A DNA stretch of 64,000 nt, from assembly GCA_043753995.1 (NCBI GenBank), contig JAYUVP010000058.1, positions 1 through 64,000 on the forward strand, read 5' to 3'. The number at the start of each line of letters is the position of its first letter. Positions within the stretch are counted from its first letter, which is position 1. Below, piece after piece: positions 39,193 to 48,812 of the stretch. The stretch comes from Fibrobacterota bacterium (GTDB lineage Bacteria > Fibrobacterota > Fibrobacteria > UBA11236). The notes under the pieces are model-generated. The model searched no databases. It saw nothing but the letters and a program-made list of their open reading frames with translations, and was not told the origin of the DNA. Made by a program: the position numbers and the translations under genes.

Positions 39193-39223
39193 ACCCCGAG
39201 GGTAACCTTGGGGTTTCTTCTTT
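39193..39223 (+). terminator. Intrinsic terminator downstream of the vWA gene
   Basis: accccgagg-gtaa-ccttggggt followed by ttcttcttt. Confidence 0.65.
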
Positions 39224-39317
39224 AAATACCCCTGATTTCCGTTTTGGCCGGGCTTTTTTAGCTCCGGCACTTGCTTTGCGTCTTCTTATCCGTGACTCGC
39301 GGTTTTGGAGATGTGTC

Positions 39318-39704
39318 ATGAAAGCCCAAGAAACCATACTCGTCGTCGAAGATGAACTGTCCTTGCGAAAATTTATCAGTTTGGCCCTGGAGGACAATGG
39401 CTATCGCGTCATCCATGCCGATAGCGGCCAGGATGCCCTGCAATTGGCCACTCACCATCGCGGCCCCATACATTTGCTGGTGACCGATTATATCCTCATG
39501 GGGCCTATGGACGGCCTGGAATTAGCCCAGATCTTAAAGCAAAAGCGACGCGACATGGCCGTGCTATGCACCTCGGGTTATGATCTGGATCGACGTTGGA
39601 ATGCTCGGGAACCCGAGCCCGAAGATGAGCCGGATTTGTTCCTGCAAAAGCCATTCACGCCGCGCCAGCTTTTACGCAGCGTGCAGGCATGCTTGCCGAA
39701 TTAG
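39318..39704 (+). CDS. Single-domain response regulator (receiver only)
   Basis: ILVVEDE, LLVTD, MDGLELA, TSGY, FLQKPF. Confidence 0.9.
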   Translation: MKAQETILVVEDELSLRKFISLALEDNGYRVIHADSGQDALQLATHHRGPIHLLVTDYILMGPMDGLELAQILKQKRRDMAVLCTSGYDLDRRWNAREPEPEDEPDLFLQKPFTPRQLLRSVQACLPN

Positions 39705-39710
39705 AGCCAG

Positions 39711-40799
39711 TTATTCTACGCGATGACCCGATCGTGGGTCGAAAGCCTCGCGTATGCCTTCACCGACAAAGGTGGCTAAAAGCAAGGTGATGAAGAGCGC
39801 CAGGATGGTGGTGATGGCCAGCCAAGGCGCATGCAGGTTTTCCAAGGCTTGGTGGATGAGTTCGCCCCAACTGGGTGTTGGGGGCTGCAGGCCAAAGCCC
39901 AAGAAGTCCAGGGCCGTGAGCGAAGAAATGCCGCCTATCAGCATGAAGGGCAATAGGGTAATGGCCGGCGTCATGGCATTGGGCAAAATCTCATGTGCGA
40001 ATATGCGCCACCAGCCTTGCCCCGTCGCCCTTGCCGCTCGCACGTAAATGGCCCCCTTGATGCGGTAAAATTCTCCCCGCATGTAGTAGGAAAGCCCTAT
40101 CCATTCGAAGGCGGCGGTGATGCCCAGCAATAAGGCGAAGCTGCGGCCATAGACCGAGCCCAATAAAATCACGACATAAAGAAATGGGAGCGAGGACCAA
40201 ATTTCGATGATGCGCTGCCATGTCATGTCCACCTTGCCGCCCGCGAAACCTTGGATGCCTCCAATGAGGATGCCCAAAACTGCAGACACGCAGGCCAAGA
40301 AAAGCGCGAAGCCCATGCCGATGCGATAACCATAAATCAATCGTGACAAGACATCACGCGCGGTATTGTCGGTGCCCAGCCAATGCTGCGTGGAAGGCGC
40401 ATGCGGGGGATTACCCGCCAGCTCTAGGTGGGCACGATAAGGCCCCCAGGGAATAGGAGGCATGAGCATCCACCCCCCGGCGGATTGAAAGGCGGGTTCT
40501 TGTCGTAGGGTGATATAGTCGGGCGCTGTACCAAAGCCCTGTCCGAATTCCGATGCGGCATGAAAGGACAGTATCGGGAAAAAAACCTGGCCTTGATAAC
40601 CCATGACCAGCGGCTTGTCATTGGAAATGAATTCACTTCCCAAAGAGAGCGCAAAGCTAATGGCGAGAGCCAAAAGGCTATACCACGACCTTCGCATGCG
40701 GCGAAAACGATGCCAGCGCTCGCGCGTCAAATCGCTGAGCCAGGGCGTTGTAAGGTGAGGCAAGTTTTTTGATCCGATCGGCGATGGAGCTGTGGCCAT
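39711..40799 (-). CDS. yejE: Peptide ABC transporter permease (YejE/OppC-like)
   Basis: ISNDKPL, HWLGTDNTARDV, QRIIEIWSSLP, LDFLGFGL. Confidence 0.8.
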   Translation of the reverse strand: MATAPSPIGSKNLPHLTTPWLSDLTRERWHRFRRMRRSWYSLLALAISFALSLGSEFISNDKPLVMGYQGQVFFPILSFHAASEFGQGFGTAPDYITLRQEPAFQSAGGWMLMPPIPWGPYRAHLELAGNPPHAPSTQHWLGTDNTARDVLSRLIYGYRIGMGFALFLACVSAVLGILIGGIQGFAGGKVDMTWQRIIEIWSSLPFLYVVILLGSVYGRSFALLLGITAAFEWIGLSYYMRGEFYRIKGAIYVRAARATGQGWWRIFAHEILPNAMTPAITLLPFMLIGGISSLTALDFLGFGLQPPTPSWGELIHQALENLHAPWLAITTILALFITLLLATFVGEGIREAFDPRSGHRVE

Positions 40800-40801
40800 G
40801 C

Positions 40802-41815
40802 TCAGGTGAACCGAATGCGAGGATCGACCAGCACATAAAGAAAATCAGAAAACAATCGACCCAATAAGCCCATGAAGCTCATAAGCAAGATGAGGCCCAT
40901 GACGATATTGTAATCGCGATTCACGATGGAGTTGTAAAACAGCAAGCCCATGCCGTCGATGTCAAAAACCTTTTCGATGAGCACGGCCCCGGCGAACATG
41001 ATGGTAAAGGCTTCGCCGCCGCGAGTGGCCAAGGGCACCAAAGCATTGCGCAAGGCATGCCGCCACACCGCCTGGCGAAAGGTGAGGCCCTTGGTGACCG
41101 CCGTTCGCATATAGTCGCGCGACATTTCTTCGAGCAAGGTATTCTTCATCATTTGGGTGAGGAAGGCGAATTCGGATGCCATATAACAGGTGAGAGGCAA
41201 GACCATATGCCAAAGAAAATCCCCGACCTTGCCCGCAAAGCTGAGACTTTCGAATTCTTCGGAGACGATGCCGCCCAGGGGAAATAAATCGAGATAGCCG
41301 CCGCCTGCGAAAAAAGTGAGCAGCAAAACCCCCAGGGCATAGCCCGGCATGACATAGCCCGCGAAAATGAGCACCGAGATGACGGTGTCGAAGCCACTGC
41401 GATGGCGCATGGCCTTGGCTATGCCCAAGGGAATGGACACGGCATAGGAAAGCAAAAGGGAGGTGATGCCGAAAAAAAGACTGATGGGGAATTTGGATCG
41501 AATGACATCCCAAACCGGTTGGTTATAGGCATAAGACTTGCCGAGGTCGAGTTGGCAAACCCGGCCCAGCCAGCGCACATATCGCACCGGCGCCGGAGCG
41601 TCGAAGCCATAATAAGCCTTGATATTGGCGACTTCCTGCGGCGTGATGGAGCGGGATGCATCCATGCCGCGCTCATTGCCAACGCGGCGCATCTTGGCAA
41701 TCATTTCCTCGACGGGGCCGCCTGGCACAAATTGAATCAGAGTGAAGCAAGCCAAGGTGATGCCCAGCAAGGTTGGGATAATCAGCAAGAGGCGGCGGGT
41801 GAGATAGGCGGTCAT
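40802..41815 (-). CDS. yejB: Peptide ABC transporter permease (YejB/OppB-like)
   Basis: RRLLLIIPTL, QFVPGGPVE, YGFD, HALRNAL, DPRI. Confidence 0.8.
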   Translation of the reverse strand: MTAYLTRRLLLIIPTLLGITLACFTLIQFVPGGPVEEMIAKMRRVGNERGMDASRSITPQEVANIKAYYGFDAPAPVRYVRWLGRVCQLDLGKSYAYNQPVWDVIRSKFPISLFFGITSLLLSYAVSIPLGIAKAMRHRSGFDTVISVLIFAGYVMPGYALGVLLLTFFAGGGYLDLFPLGGIVSEEFESLSFAGKVGDFLWHMVLPLTCYMASEFAFLTQMMKNTLLEEMSRDYMRTAVTKGLTFRQAVWRHALRNALVPLATRGGEAFTIMFAGAVLIEKVFDIDGMGLLFYNSIVNRDYNIVMGLILLMSFMGLLGRLFSDFLYVLVDPRIRFT

Positions 41816-41820
41816 GGATC

Positions 41821-41880
41821 AAGGAAAAAGGTAAAAGGATGGATCAATTAAAAAGGAAAAAGTTAAAAGTCCAAAGTAAG
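41821..41880. repeat. Degenerate heptamer tandem repeats
   Basis: aaggaaa aaggtaa aaggatg ... aattaaa aaggaaa aagttaa aagtcca aagtaag. Confidence 0.6.
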
Positions 41881-41954
41881 GGGTGGAAAAGACGTTGGGT
41901 GGGATAAACTCCAAATCAAGTGAAAGGCGGGTTGCTTTGGGCCAACGGTCTCCT

Positions 41955-42575
41955 TTAATGGATGGAAATCGACTCCACTTGTTCCGAGGACCTATCGCTT
42001 TCACTCAGTAGTAGATACGTCACCACCCCAGCGGCTACGGCCGTACTCGCAGCTCCTACGGCCCACCAAAGGCCAGGTGTTCGGTACCAAGAATTGGGCT
42101 TCGAGTGAGTTGATGTCTCGTTTGAGATGGGCTGAGGATCGGGATTTGTCGGCGCGACTGGCGCGGCTTGGATTTGCGCGTAGTCGAGCTTTTTTTGAGC
42201 ATCATACACCTCCCATACCGCTGTCCCGGGATTCATATAGGCTGCACGCGCCAAATAAGCTTTGCCCTTTTCGCGAGTTGCGCTGTCGGTTATGGCCATG
42301 CGGCCTAGGCTTTTAAGTAGGAAGATCGAATCGATACGTCCTGTATAGCGGCGGTTCTGAAGCAAATCTTCAAAGTACGGGATGAGGGTGGAGTAAGATC
42401 TTTCTTCCATCAATTCCCCTAGATAAGCCGTATCCAAGGTGACTTCGTCCAAAGGCTTGGGGGGAATGACAGATCGCGATTTGCCCGAAGCCCCGAAGGG
42501 AGTCTGCATTAGCCCCAGAATTAGCAGGCATAATGGGGGGATAGGGCGACGGAAAAATTCAATGAATGCGCACAC
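41955..42575 (-). CDS. Hypothetical exported protein with C-terminal TM anchor (paralog of 43004-43636)
   Basis: LDTA.L.E.M....Y..LIP.FEDLLQ...DS.FLL..L.RM......TR..GKAYLAR.A.MNPG..VWE.Y shared with the neighbour. Confidence 0.75.
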   Translation of the reverse strand: MCAFIEFFRRPIPPLCLLILGLMQTPFGASGKSRSVIPPKPLDEVTLDTAYLGELMEERSYSTLIPYFEDLLQNRRYTGRIDSIFLLKSLGRMAITDSATREKGKAYLARAAYMNPGTAVWEVYDAQKKLDYAQIQAAPVAPTNPDPQPISNETSTHSKPNSWYRTPGLWWAVGAASTAVAAGVVTYLLLSESDRSSEQVESISIH

Positions 42576-43003
42576 TCATGCCTCTCGATTCTAAAAACCA
42601 GCTAACCTATTAATAATTACATCTCAATGAAAACGGTTTCAATTTCTTAGGGGTTTCTCGGCCTATTTTGTCTTAAATATCCTAGTACGTAAATCATTTT
42701 TCCCCAGAAGAATGGCCAATAATGGGTGGACGAACGGAAAATACCTAATTCTAGGAATTCCAGTTCCGATGGACGCCTACTGAAATGACTGTCTTAAGGT
42801 GGGACGTATTCGCAAAAACGGCCACAGCAGCGGGGATGGGGATGGGTGTGGGATATTAGCTTCCGTCTTATCTATCGCAACTTTTGACGCTCAATAGATG
42901 AGGATAATGGCTGGATTTGAAAAGGTTTAATATTAAAATCACCCTCAGCTCAACTAATTGAGATATAAACTTGTCGCTTCGTTTTATTTATGATGTCTGG
43001 GGT

Positions 43004-43636
43004 TCATTTTATGTGAGAATTCGCGCTCACCGCGAAGACATGTTCCTGCGATTCTGAAGATTGAGAATCCTGCATAATCACGTAGGTGATTGCTCCGACG
43101 ATGAGGCCCACACCGAAGCCACCCGCGACCCACCATAGCCCTTTTCCTTCATACCAGGATAATGTCGAGGCATTGACATTTTCCTGGGCAGGGTTCGAAG
43201 TGGGCGTCGCTGTTGATGTCATCCGAGCCGCTTGTTTCACTTGGGCATAATCCTGTTCCAATTGATCGGCATAGAGTTCCCACACCGGTTCTCCAGGATT
43301 CATCTTCGCGACTCGGGCTAAATAAGCCTTGCCCTGGTCCCGGGTTTCGGGATTGGCCAAGGTCATACGCGCCAGGCCTCTCAGTAAGAAAACCGAATCG
43401 ACGCGATGTAGCGGGCGATGCTTCTGAAGCAAATCTTCAAACAAGGGTATGAGAGCGGGATAGGGCTTTCTTGCCATCCATTCATCCAAAGTGGCCGTGT
43501 CCAATGCCGAAGCGAGGACGGGCTTGGATGTGTCTTCTTGTGCCTGCACCTGACCGCTGAGAGCTACGGATAGGAGGCAGAACACCGAAGCAATAAAGAC
43601 GGCCCCAGCGCGAATTTTCACAAAGTATGCGAACAT
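43004..43636 (-). CDS. Hypothetical exported protein with C-terminal TM anchor (paralog of 41955-42575)
   Basis: ATG 43636 after GAGGT; signal peptide ending VQA; same core and WY...GLWW TM anchor. Confidence 0.75.
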   Translation of the reverse strand: MFAYFVKIRAGAVFIASVFCLLSVALSGQVQAQEDTSKPVLASALDTATLDEWMARKPYPALIPLFEDLLQKHRPLHRVDSVFLLRGLARMTLANPETRDQGKAYLARVAKMNPGEPVWELYADQLEQDYAQVKQAARMTSTATPTSNPAQENVNASTLSWYEGKGLWWVAGGFGVGLIVGAITYVIMQDSQSSESQEHVFAVSANSHIK

Positions 43637-43658
43637 AGCTACCTCGCTGTTTGAAGAA

Positions 43659-45488
43659 TTATTCTGCGTAATGCACCGCGCTGGTGTCCATGGGCAAAGC
43701 CGTGCCAGCCGCCTTGGCCTCGCAAAGGGATTTCGCTTTGGCCGGATCGACAAACCAATAGGTTAGCACCGCGTCCTCGCGATTGAATTTATCGAGCGCG
43801 TATTTGGGTGTGCCGAAGCGATCCCACCATAGCAAGCGATGGCGGTCGCTTTGCCATAAGAGCACATAGGGCTTGATGGCCAAAAGGCGGACGTCAATGG
43901 CTTTAAGTATGTCATTACGCTTGTCGAGATCCATTTCGGTTTTTTGCAATGCGATGAGGCTGTCTATGGTTTTGTCTTTCACGCCCGTATGATTATTGCT
44001 CCCTTGCTCATCGGCGGTTTTGCCCAGCCACTGCGGCTCGGGATCGCGCAGGCGGCCAGCGCCCCAGGCTTCCCAATGCATATCGAATTCATGGGCGTCG
44101 ATGCGTTTGGTCAAGGTCGATGGAGAAATTTGATCGAGGCGGGCATCGATGCCAGCCTTTTTCAAGTCTTCGAGATAAATATTGTAGTGGCGCAAATCCT
44201 GGGAGGAAAGGGGAATGACGATGGAAAATTTTTGTCCGTCCTTCGCCAGCACGCCATCGCTGCCGGGCTTCCATCCCGCGGCCAAAAGCAAGTCGCGCGC
44301 CTTGCCCGGATTATAATCGCTCATGGGTTCATTGGGATTCTGGTTACTCTCGTAAAGATCGGGATAATAGGCATTCAAAAGGAAATATTGATTGTACATG
44401 AGCTTATCATTCATCAATTCGCGATTGAGCAAATGCGCCAAGGCTTGACGCACGCGCACGTCTTGGAAAATGGGGCGGCGCATATTGATGGCAAATCCCT
44501 GGAAGCCAATGGGCTCGCGATTGAAAATGTTTTTGCGCTTCACCCAGCCTTTTTGCACTTGATCGAATAGGGTTTTCTCGGCCCAAATGGCGGCGGTATA
44601 GACAGGATAAGCGTCATAATCGCCTTTTTTAAAGGCTTCGAGGGCTTTGTCGCGTTCTTCCATGAAGCGGTAGCGAATCACGCCGAAATTGAATTTGTTC
44701 TGGTTGTAACGCTTGCTCCGTCCCCACCAGTCGGCGCGCCGCTTGAGTGAGAGGCTTCGCTCGGTTTTCACCTCGCCGACGCCATAGGGGCCGCTGACCA
44801 CGGGAAAATCAAAATTGATTTGATTGAAATCCTTGCCTTCCCAGGCATGCTTGGGAAAAGCGATGAGGCCGGCGGCTTCCCAGAAATTATTCCAATGCGC
44901 CTCATGCGCGGTGATGCGCACGGTTTGCGCGTCTACGGCCACGGGAGCGTCGAAGCGCGACAGGCCCACGCGGAAAATCGGCGTGAGATTTTTGGGATTC
45001 ATGATGGTCGCGTAGTAAAAGCAAATATCGTCGGCGGTGACGGGATGCCCGTCGCTCCAACGCGCACGCGGATCGAGATGAAAGGTGAAGGTCTTTTTGT
45101 CTTCGGAAATCGAGAACGAGTCGGCCAAGGCGCCCATGGGCTTATTCTCGGTGCTATGCAATTGCATCAAGGGCTCAAACATCAGCCCCATGACCTCGGC
45201 GGAAAAGCTGTTATAATCGAGCCACATATTCAGGGACTTGGGCCAACCCGAAGCCCAGGCCGAATAAGTGCCGCCTATCACGGCCGAGCTATTGGCGATG
45301 GGATCCACCTCGCCCGCGTCGACGTGGAGCGTGTCCTTGGCGCCCAATCCCGCGACCTCGACATCGCAAGCGCCGCCACCTTTTCCACCCTTATTGCAAG
45401 CGGTCAAAACCGCGAAGCCGGCGAAAGCGAAAGCGATGGCCCTAAGGTGAAACGAAGGTTTTCCCGACACGTAAAAGCGACCGAACAT
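43659..45488 (-). CDS. yejA: Family 5 extracellular solute-binding lipoprotein (YejA-like)
   Basis: LTAC lipobox; ARWSDGHPVTADD, SGPY, NFGVIRYRF, NMRRPIFQDVRVRQAL. Confidence 0.82.
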   Translation of the reverse strand: MFGRFYVSGKPSFHLRAIAFAFAGFAVLTACNKGGKGGGACDVEVAGLGAKDTLHVDAGEVDPIANSSAVIGGTYSAWASGWPKSLNMWLDYNSFSAEVMGLMFEPLMQLHSTENKPMGALADSFSISEDKKTFTFHLDPRARWSDGHPVTADDICFYYATIMNPKNLTPIFRVGLSRFDAPVAVDAQTVRITAHEAHWNNFWEAAGLIAFPKHAWEGKDFNQINFDFPVVSGPYGVGEVKTERSLSLKRRADWWGRSKRYNQNKFNFGVIRYRFMEERDKALEAFKKGDYDAYPVYTAAIWAEKTLFDQVQKGWVKRKNIFNREPIGFQGFAINMRRPIFQDVRVRQALAHLLNRELMNDKLMYNQYFLLNAYYPDLYESNQNPNEPMSDYNPGKARDLLLAAGWKPGSDGVLAKDGQKFSIVIPLSSQDLRHYNIYLEDLKKAGIDARLDQISPSTLTKRIDAHEFDMHWEAWGAGRLRDPEPQWLGKTADEQGSNNHTGVKDKTIDSLIALQKTEMDLDKRNDILKAIDVRLLAIKPYVLLWQSDRHRLLWWDRFGTPKYALDKFNREDAVLTYWFVDPAKAKSLCEAKAAGTALPMDTSAVHYAE

Positions 45489-45647
45489 GGCATCTCCTGG
45501 CGAAACAAAGGGGCGAGGGCTAAAGCCGCGCAGCTTTCAAATTAACAAGGCGAGGCTCTTATCTTGCCGCACTTTGGGGCCGGCGCCCCTTTGGCTCATG
45601 GCGCCGCGAAGGAGGACTGGTCCGCCGCCATGCACCTTATCCTCCTT

Positions 45648-46160
45648 TCATTCCAGGTATTCGTCGCGCGTCAACCATAGGGTTTCGATGCGATACATAT
45701 GCAAATGCTCGTGCATAAGCATATGCCGTAAAAGGATGCCGGGGGTATAGCGATCGTATTCGGGATGCTTCGCCTCGCGCTCCCAGAAACCTTCCGGGGC
45801 TTGTGCCGCGAAGTCGAGTGTTTTGCGCCGCCATTCGTGGAATTCACGCAAAGCTTTGGGCAAATCGATGCGCAAAAGAGCCGCTTCGGGGTCGGCGGCA
45901 TCGCGGTCAGGAATATAGGGCGTGAAAGTCGGATGCCCTTCCTTGAGAAATCTTTCCAAGCGGCCAAAAAGCATGGGCTGCACACCCGCGATGTGCACGG
46001 CCTGGGCATGAATGCACCATTGGCCCGGAATGCGATGCGCATGCAAACGGCTGGCAGGAATGCGGCTGATCATGTCTTCCAGTAAGGCGGGCGTAGCAGC
46101 CAGGGCTTGCAAAAGTTGGGCAAAGGTTTCGGGTGGCATGGGGTGGCTTTCCAGGGTCAT
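45648..46160 (-). CDS. DinB family protein
   Basis: WCIHAQAVHI ... HMLMHEHLH metal-binding histidines. Confidence 0.85.
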   Translation of the reverse strand: MTLESHPMPPETFAQLLQALAATPALLEDMISRIPASRLHAHRIPGQWCIHAQAVHIAGVQPMLFGRLERFLKEGHPTFTPYIPDRDAADPEAALLRIDLPKALREFHEWRRKTLDFAAQAPEGFWEREAKHPEYDRYTPGILLRHMLMHEHLHMYRIETLWLTRDEYLE

Positions 46161-46245
46161 AATTCCAGCCTTAATTGATTTGGAGTGAATTTCGAATTAA
46201 CTATGCACTGCAAATAGAGACGTCGCAATAAACTAAGGTAAATAG

Positions 46246-47205
46246 ATGAACCTGGTAAAATCCTTCGCATTCCTGGTATGGTTCGCTTCTTCCGCTTTTT
46301 CTGCGGAGAGGTTGTACATGCCTTTTTTTGAGTTGATTAATGTTCATTCCGACTACCAATATTCCACGGCCAAATTGTTTAAAAGTTATGTGGATGAAGC
46401 CGGCCGATATGTGGTACTCATCCCCGAGCGTTCCGACTCCCTGGTGCGCCAACCTCCCTTGGATTCGGTGCGCGAAACCGCTCAGAAATTGAATTGCTCC
46501 AGCTTTATCCTGGGTGAAATGAACCGCATCGGGGAAACGGTCATTTTGAATATGGCCATGTATTCCACCTCCACAGGCGAGCCCATTTGGGTGGACCGAT
46601 TGAAAGCCTCAGGGCCGGACGATTTGGATCCCATTTTTCAAAAACTCGCCAAGGCGCTTGGGAGCAAAAACAAGGCGGCTGAAAATGGGGATATCTACTC
46701 CGTCACGAATTTCGAGGGTAAAGATTTGCGACAAATCCAGGTCAAGAATTCCTTCGGGGTCGCCCTAGGCGGCGTCTTTTTTACCCCAGGCCTTTTGTAT
46801 GGCAAGAGTTGGGAGGATCCCTTTGTCGCCGGTGGGGCGATATTCTGGGCCTATGATTCTAGAACCCTTTTGTTTCAGTTGGAAGGAGAATTGTATGGGG
46901 CGGAAAATAATCACATGACTGCGGCATCCATCTCCGCCTTTAAGCCATTTTCTTCGGAAAATACTACGGTATTCGGCGGCGGTGGATTGGGCATAGCTCG
47001 CGTTGATACCCGATATCAAAACAAAAAAACCGATGGCAGCGGCCTGACCTTGCAAGGCGGTGGCGGCATTATTTTCAATCGGCTATCCACGGTGCAATTG
47101 CGACTCACGGGAAAATATTTCGTAGGACTATTCGATTTGAAGTCCCCGCGTGACGAATTTCCTCGCGGCATTATCGTCCGCATGGAAATTGCGTTTGGGA
47201 AATAA
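46246..47205 (+). CDS. Exported protein with a CsgG/TolB-N-like domain and a small C-terminal beta-barrel
   Basis: Signal peptide; AQKLNCSSFILGEMNRIGETVIL; Gly/aromatic strands (FGGGGLG, QGGGGIIF); ends IAFGK. Confidence 0.6.
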   Translation: MNLVKSFAFLVWFASSAFSAERLYMPFFELINVHSDYQYSTAKLFKSYVDEAGRYVVLIPERSDSLVRQPPLDSVRETAQKLNCSSFILGEMNRIGETVILNMAMYSTSTGEPIWVDRLKASGPDDLDPIFQKLAKALGSKNKAAENGDIYSVTNFEGKDLRQIQVKNSFGVALGGVFFTPGLLYGKSWEDPFVAGGAIFWAYDSRTLLFQLEGELYGAENNHMTAASISAFKPFSSENTTVFGGGGLGIARVDTRYQNKKTDGSGLTLQGGGGIIFNRLSTVQLRLTGKYFVGLFDLKSPRDEFPRGIIVRMEIAFGK

Positions 47206-47208
47206 TCC

Positions 47209-47607
47209 ATGAAGCGCTTTTACTTTCTCTTTGCTTGCTTCCTACTCTTGGCGGGTTGTGGTTCCACCAAAATCATAAGCCAGGATGCGCGAGCGGATAT
47301 TTACGTGGACGACCGCTGGATTGGTCTCGGGGAAGGCAAGGTGAGCCGGGTTGGACCTCCCAAAACGGTCCTATTAAAAGCCAAAAGAGAAGGTGAAATC
47401 GTCGGCACCACCACCATGAGCCGTTCTTTTTCCTTTAAGACCGTATTGTGGGCCATGGTCAGTTATTACTCTGGGTTTTACTGGGCCTGGTATTATCCAG
47501 CCTTGATCGTCATTCCAGTAGATCTTTCCGCAACCGGGACGAAGATTATTCGCAAAAGCGCCTGGTCGGATTCCAGCCAAAGCATTTGGATGCAACCGTT
47601 GAAGTGA
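47209..47607 (+). CDS. Lipoprotein with PEGA-like beta domain
   Basis: LLAGC lipobox; ADIYVDD..IG.G. Confidence 0.65.
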   Translation: MKRFYFLFACFLLLAGCGSTKIISQDARADIYVDDRWIGLGEGKVSRVGPPKTVLLKAKREGEIVGTTTMSRSFSFKTVLWAMVSYYSGFYWAWYYPALIVIPVDLSATGTKIIRKSAWSDSSQSIWMQPLK

Positions 47608-47850
47608 TCTGGCTTTTCAATTTGGCCCGAGGCGTTGGGCTAAGGTGACGAAGTTTTTTAGACGGCAATTGCTTGGTAGCCATCAGATCCTAGACCGGAG
47701 TCAATTGTAGGCAATATTGTATTCACCCCCGATCCTTTGGTCGGGGGCGAGACTCGAAAATTTATTTTGGGGGGTGTAGGAAAGAAATCGCTTACCATTT
47801 CCCAGAGATATTCCCATTCCAAAATAGGAAGCTCCAATGCCCTCTGATTT

Positions 47851-48378
47851 GGAAAGAAAGAGATTGTGCACAATCTTTTAAAACTGGGCGCTAATCCCAA
47901 CTTCAAAATGGCGAAGTACAACTCGACCCCGCTTCAATGGGCTACATATTGCGGCATTAAAAACGCACCCAAGCTGAATTACCAATTAAATGCGGCGGTA
48001 ATCGAGGCGCTTTTAATAGGAGGGGCTACCTACGACATTATGTCCGCTGTGGCGAATCAGGATTTGCAGCAAGTAAAGTGGATGCTGAAGAAGAATCCAG
48101 AAGAAGTGAATTCCAAATGGATGAACGGATTTTCGCCGCTCCATGTGAACAATAGTTTTGAAATTGGAAAGTTACTTATTAGAAAAGGCGCAGACATGAA
48201 TGCCCAAAATAAAGCGGGAAGAACAGCATTACATGGAGCAGTCCGCAGAGGTCATGAAGAAATAGTTCATGCTTTATTGAAATCAGGCGCCAAGAAAGGA
48301 TTGAAAAACAAGAAGGGTGAAACGCCCTTAGATAAGGCAAAAAATCTGAGAAAGAAGCCTTTAAAGGCAATCTTGTAA
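47851..48378 (+). pseudogene. Ankyrin-repeat protein, probably N-terminally truncated
   Basis: FGKKEIVHNLLKLGANPN starts right after an in-frame TGA (47848-47850); TPLQWA, SPLH, GRTALHGA, GETPLDKA. Confidence 0.65.
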
Positions 48379-48440
48379 TAGAAACTCGCTCAACTCGCAA
48401 GCCTTCTCAGCCCATTTCCCGTTGGCGCAGAGGCCATGTG

Positions 48441-48701
48441 TCACCGCTTCGATTTGGATTTGGTTTTTGTGGGGGAGGGTGAATCGGGTTGCACCGGCTT
48501 AGGCGCCATGCGCACCGGACCCGCTTCGTGTCCGAACAGAGCCAAGACTTGATTCACTTTATCGAGCCGCACGCTCGCCTTGCCTTGCTCCAAGTCACGA
48601 ACAAAACGCAGACCAACCCCTGCCTTCCTCGCCATGTCGGGCTGGGTCAGGCCATTCTGGCGTCTCCTAGCTTTCACGAAATCGGAAAATGGATTTGGCA
48701 T
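48441..48701 (-). CDS. HipB/y4mF-like XRE HTH regulator (antitoxin-type)
   Basis: FVKARRRQNGLTQPDMARKAGVGLRFVRDLEQGK.SVRLDKVNQVLALFG. Confidence 0.88.
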   Translation of the reverse strand: MPNPFSDFVKARRRQNGLTQPDMARKAGVGLRFVRDLEQGKASVRLDKVNQVLALFGHEAGPVRMAPKPVQPDSPSPTKTKSKSKR

Positions 48702-48763
48702 ATTTATACCCGTAATGGTATAAATCTATGGTTTTTCCACAGGAATATACCCGTAAGGGTATA
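48702..48763. promoter_or_regulatory. Two palindromic operator sites upstream of the HipB-like gene
   Basis: TATACCCGTAATGGTATA (48705-48722) and TATACCCGTAAGGGTATA (48746-48763). Confidence 0.75.
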
Positions 48764-48812
48764 GTACATTCTGGCTTCCGAAGGTTCCTCTTCTACCTAC
48801 CCTTTATCCCCC

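Noticed and set aside
42580..43000. ncRNA or small ORF in the AT-rich spacer
   Set aside because: Only very short ORFs and no strong structure visible; cannot support a call.
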